NCBI RefSeq assembly: GCF_000018465.1
Contig: NC_010085.1
Span: forward strand, 1,613,260-1,645,259
Direction of reading: 5' to 3'
DNA: 32,000 nt
Source: Nitrosopumilus maritimus SCM1
GTDB lineage: Archaea > Thermoproteota > Nitrososphaeria > Nitrososphaerales > Nitrosopumilaceae
Shown: in pieces, positions 29,078-32,000 of the stretch
Position numbering within the stretch: position 1 is the first letter of the stretch
Layout: the number at the start of each line of letters is the position of its first letter
Program-made: the position numbers and the translations under genes
The notes under the pieces: model-generated
Databases searched by the model: none
What the model was told of the DNA's origin: nothing
Seen by the model: the letters and a program-made list of their open reading frames with translations, nothing else

Positions 29078-29830
29078 TTACTTGCTTCTTTGAATTGCTT
29101 TTGTTATTTCTTCGAGTTTCTTGAGACTTCCACCTTTCTCAAGGAAAGTGCCAATTACTAAGGCATCAGCTCCTGCTTTAACCAAGTTTTGGGCGGTTTT
29201 TACGTCCTTTATCCCACCACCTACAATCAAAAATCCGTTAAACAACTGTCTAACAGTCTTGACCATCTCTGGTGTAACACTAGATTTTGCACCAGAACCT
29301 GCCTCAAGATAGACAAATCTCATTCCAAGAAATTGAGCTGCAAGTGCATAGGCTGCAGCAATTTTGGGCTTTTCAAATGGGATTCCTCTTGCAGAACCAA
29401 CAAACCAAGCAGTTGTACCATCTCCTATTACCAGATATGCTGTAGGAAGAGGCTCTAAACCAAATTTTAGAACACTTGGTGCACCTAGGGCCTGTGCTTG
29501 TGTGATAAAGTATGGGTTTTCTGAGTTCATTAAGGAACTAAACAAAATGGCATCAGCGTCAGGCACAACCCCCGTAACATTGCCAGGAAAGAGGATTATT
29601 GGTATTTTGATGCCTTTTTTGATGCCTTTTACCACCTGAGCCATCTCTATCTGATCTGTAGCAGACGAGCCACCAACCAAGATTGCAGACGCCCCAATCT
29701 TTTCGACATCTTTTGCTAGTTTAGCAGATGCCTCTAGATTTGATACCTCTGAATCTATTAGAACAAACAATAATGCATTTTTCTTTTTTAATTCTGATTT
29801 TAGGAATGTTTCAACTTTATTTCCAGCCAT
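29078..29830 (-). CDS. geranylgeranylglyceryl phosphate synthase family protein
   Basis: LIDSEV, AILVGGSSATD, ILFPGNVTGVVPDADAILFSSLMNSENPYFI, YLEAGSGAKSSV and LIVGGGIKDVKTAQNLVKAGADALVIGT. Confidence 0.92.
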   Translation of the reverse strand: MAGNKVETFLKSELKKKNALLFVLIDSEVSNLEASAKLAKDVEKIGASAILVGGSSATDQIEMAQVVKGIKKGIKIPIILFPGNVTGVVPDADAILFSSLMNSENPYFITQAQALGAPSVLKFGLEPLPTAYLVIGDGTTAWFVGSARGIPFEKPKIAAAYALAAQFLGMRFVYLEAGSGAKSSVTPEMVKTVRQLFNGFLIVGGGIKDVKTAQNLVKAGADALVIGTFLEKGGSLKKLEEITKAIQRSK

Positions 29831-29895
29831 AGAAATGGTTCGTATGTGGCTCTTTAAAGTTTAATTGGAATGCCATTATACAGATTTGTATAGCT

Positions 29896-30258
29896 ATGTC
29901 GGAGTTTGAAGGATCTAATTTTAACAATATTATTAGGAAAATTATCAAAAAATCTTTGTTTACAGAGCGACAAATTGAAATTATTTTAAATCAGAAGAAT
30001 CTTCTTGAGTTAGAGTTTTCAATTTCAAAAGGTGCGTATTATAGGCAAGTTGGGCAGTCTAGAGAGAAATTAGTCTCATTATTCTACTCAATCATACTTT
30101 TACGCGGTTTAGGCATCATTTTACCTGATGATATTGATGTGATATCCAAGTTATCTGAGCAGATTAGTGTGATAAATGAGAGTGATATATTCCCAGAAAG
30201 GGAGGAAGAGGTCATTAATGTGATAGATAGGCTCGTAAGACAGGCATGTAGTATGTGA
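29896..30258 (+). CDS. hypothetical helical protein
   Basis: 120-aa ORF with FTERQIEIILNQKNLLELEFSISKGAYYRQVGQSREKLVSLFYSIILLRGLGII; helix-turn-helix-like character is possible but unproven. Confidence 0.65.
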   Translation: MSEFEGSNFNNIIRKIIKKSLFTERQIEIILNQKNLLELEFSISKGAYYRQVGQSREKLVSLFYSIILLRGLGIILPDDIDVISKLSEQISVINESDIFPEREEEVINVIDRLVRQACSM

Positions 30259-30384
30259 TGTTGTGATAATTGTTCAGTTCAATTAGTTGAGTTGTTTGTG
30301 ACAATGTGTGTGAGTTTGTTAATCTAAAGTGTGAAATAATGTTGTTCTATCACGATAAATCACAATGCAGGCATAAAATTTGTG

Positions 30385-30987
30385 ATGTTAATAGAGATTC
30401 CTGACCCAGAAGTGATTTTGAGTGTGATATTAGCCTTCATTGTGGGTTTGGGAGGTTTGTATGGATACTATAAGATTCGACCATTCATCAAATCTAAGAG
30501 TGAGATGGTTGATACATCACAATCTGAGCGTTTAGAATACTATGAAAGGCAATTAATTGATATGAAAATACGCTTAGATGCATTAGAAATACAGGGAATT
30601 GAGCAGAAAACAGAGGATCCAAATTTGGAATTAAAACAATTCTTGGAAAAATTAGCAAAGAATGAAGTCCAAGAAAAGGAAGTTGTAACATCACAAGAGC
30701 CAGAAAAAGTTCCTGAAAAACCAGTTTCCACGCCTAAAATTACCAATATTGAGCACACAAATCCTACCAATTACGTGTTGCATCTAATCACAAACAAAGC
30801 TATGACATCACGTGACATACAAATCACATTAAAGAAGAGTAGAGAGCATACTTCAAGACTGATGAAGAAGTTGTTTGAAGAGGGTCTTGTTCAAAGAAAC
30901 ACTGAATCTAAACCATACACATATTCCATTACTGAAAAGGGAATAGCAAAGGTTGGAGAAGTTGAAACAAATCCAACTGTTGCCTAA
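30385..30987 (+). CDS. membrane-anchored protein with C-terminal winged-helix domain
   Basis: N-terminal TM VILSVILAFIVGLGGLYGYYKI, charged/coiled-coil linker, then TNYVLHLITNKAMTSRDIQITLKKSREHTSRLMKKLFEEGLVQRNTESKPYTYSITEKG (MarR/ArsR-like). Start could be the preceding codon, 30382. Confidence 0.72.
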   Translation: MLIEIPDPEVILSVILAFIVGLGGLYGYYKIRPFIKSKSEMVDTSQSERLEYYERQLIDMKIRLDALEIQGIEQKTEDPNLELKQFLEKLAKNEVQEKEVVTSQEPEKVPEKPVSTPKITNIEHTNPTNYVLHLITNKAMTSRDIQITLKKSREHTSRLMKKLFEEGLVQRNTESKPYTYSITEKGIAKVGEVETNPTVA

Positions 30988-31113
30988 AAGATATATTTCG
31001 AGTTTTTCCAAAGTCATTTTACATAATTTTACGCAAAAAATACTATTTTTGATTATTAATTATAATTAACATATTTTATTAAATTATATATATTATTAAT
31101 TTATAGTCATAAT

Positions 31114-31275
31114 ATGTCCATTCAAGAAAATGAAGTTTTGGTAAAAATCACATCTGCTGGGACAATTTCTATCCCAAAACAGTTTAGAAAGTATATGGAC
31201 ATCCAAAAAGGTGAATATGTAAAATTAATTCTTGGAAAAGACCGTTTGATTGTTAGAAAAATCACTATATCTTGA
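31114..31275 (+). CDS. AbrB/MazE-like swapped-hairpin DNA-binding protein, 53 aa (absent from the ORF track)
   Basis: My translation: MSIQENEVLVKITSAGTISIPKQFRKYMDIQKGEYVKLILGKDRLIVRKITIS, with the classic G(T/R)ISIPKxFR...L.I..G..V pattern. Confidence 0.78.
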   Translation: MSIQENEVLVKITSAGTISIPKQFRKYMDIQKGEYVKLILGKDRLIVRKITIS

Positions 31276-31280
31276 TTGGT

Positions 31281-31667
31281 TTAGTGTTGTTTTTGGCTGA
31301 TTTTTATGGTTTGATATGTCCATTCTCTACCATTTCTAGTCCTATCTACCCTACCTTTTGAGGAAAATCTTGAGAGATATGTGGAAATTACACTAAGTTT
31401 GATAGGTTCGTTGAATTCATCCTCATATTTTTCAAGAATGTTAGTTGATGTGAATTTGCCCATAGGGAAGAACTTGTCAATAATATGCCAAATTTTAGAG
31501 CCTACAGAATCTATGTTAGTTGTGGTTTCCTCTTCTTCAATATTCATCAAGTCCATCATCTCAAATATTTTCAAGACTTTGTCCCTGGTTACATTACCTT
31601 CAAGTTTGATATCATAACGTGCACCGTCAGAGTCTTCCATGTCTATACGAATACGTTTTTTGGCCAT
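31281..31667 (-). CDS. hypothetical protein, probable C-terminal winged-helix DNA-binding fold
   Basis: MAKKRIRIDMEDSDGARYDIKLEGNVTRDKVLKIFEMMDLM..., with IWHIIDKFFPMGKFTSTNILEKYEDEF...LSVISTYLSRFSSKGRVDRTRNGREWTY resembling a wHTH. Confidence 0.65.
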   Translation of the reverse strand: MAKKRIRIDMEDSDGARYDIKLEGNVTRDKVLKIFEMMDLMNIEEEETTTNIDSVGSKIWHIIDKFFPMGKFTSTNILEKYEDEFNEPIKLSVISTYLSRFSSKGRVDRTRNGREWTYQTIKISQKQH

Positions 31668-31825
31668 GTTAGGATCTATTCGATCTGATGTTAACAGTTC
31701 AAATGATCCGCGAAAATTTGTTAACTAAATGGTTTGTTAACATTGACTGTGTAAGCCACGCCTAGTTATTTTTTTGTTATTAACAATTAGTCGTGTATAA
31801 GCCCCCTAAATTAAGAAATATTCAT

Positions 31826-31848
31826 GCCTGGAGTGGAAATAAAGGGGT
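31826..31848 (+). promoter_or_regulatory. ORB-like element 1 (candidate Orc1/Cdc6 binding site)
   Basis: GCCTGGAGTGGAAATAAAGGGGT; dyad half plus G-tract layout as in archaeal origin recognition boxes. Confidence 0.7.
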
Positions 31849-31887
31849 TAGATTTGAGATATTCACAATGTTAACGTCAATTTTAAC

Positions 31888-31910
31888 GCCTGGAGTGGAA
31901 ATTAGGGGGT
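31888..31910 (+). promoter_or_regulatory. ORB-like element 2
   Basis: GCCTGGAGTGGAAATTAGGGGGT; 21/23 identical to element 1, same orientation, 62 bp start to start. Confidence 0.7.
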
Positions 31911-31963
31911 CAAAATAGGGTTTTTGGGAGTTTTCTTAACATCAAATTAACATGGTTGTTAAT

Positions 31964-31974
31964 TTCCAGTGGAA
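31964..31974. promoter_or_regulatory. ORB-core-like imperfect element TTCCAGTGGAA
   Basis: Dyad TTCCA-G-TGGAA shares the AGTGGAA core with elements 1 and 2 but lacks the G-tract. Confidence 0.45.
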
Positions 31975-31984
31975 CCCACACACC

Positions 31985-32000
31985 AATATTTCCACTCTTC
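31985..32000 (-). promoter_or_regulatory. inverted ORB-like element, truncated or degenerate at the window edge
   Basis: Reverse complement GAAGAGTGGAAATATT shares GAGTGGAAAT with elements 1 and 2. Confidence 0.45.

Noticed and set aside
31114-31275. Toxin-antitoxin system based on the AbrB/MazE-like ORF
   Set aside because: No MazF, PIN or other toxin-like ORF is adjacent; the neighbour is a convergent wHTH-like gene.
1-32000. Prophage, IS element, defence island or CRISPR-Cas
   Set aside because: No transposase, integrase, terminase, Cas or restriction genes and no terminal inverted repeats noticed; content is mainly housekeeping.

Overview
This 32 kb window is a very compact archaeal chromosome segment. 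Gene content, AT bias and leaderless-style promoters are most consistent with an ammonia-oxidising archaeon (Thaumarchaeota/Nitrososphaerota, Nitrosopumilus-like); that lineage call is inference. It encodes a partial HAMP/cyclase-like protein, a J-domain protein with HSD instead of HPD, a universal stress protein, an APC permease, two glutamine synthetase paralogues, a KamA-family radical SAM aminomutase, an MscS-type channel, PRPP synthetase, a tRNA-maturation neighbourhood (Trm-G10 methylase, RNase Z, ThpR, CCA-adding enzyme, tRNA-Pro), a sirtuin, SQR-like and SDR oxidoreductases, an AN1 zinc finger, a GINS subunit, thermosome, SHMT, PolD large subunit DP2 and GGGP synthase. The right edge (about 31.7-32.0 kb) is non-coding and carries repeated 23-bp elements (GCCTGGAGTGGAAATNARGGGGT) resembling archaeal origin recognition boxes, so it is probably one side of a replication origin; this is the most interesting signal. 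I also report near-zero spacing at every convergent gene junction, a thermosome promoter whose TATA box is flanked by direct repeats, a possible frameshift/indel at the MscS 5' end, a 20-bp tandem duplication at a kinase 3' end, an unannotated 53-aa AbrB-like ORF and a membrane-anchored winged-helix protein. I saw no CRISPR array, mobile element, rRNA or obvious defence system.
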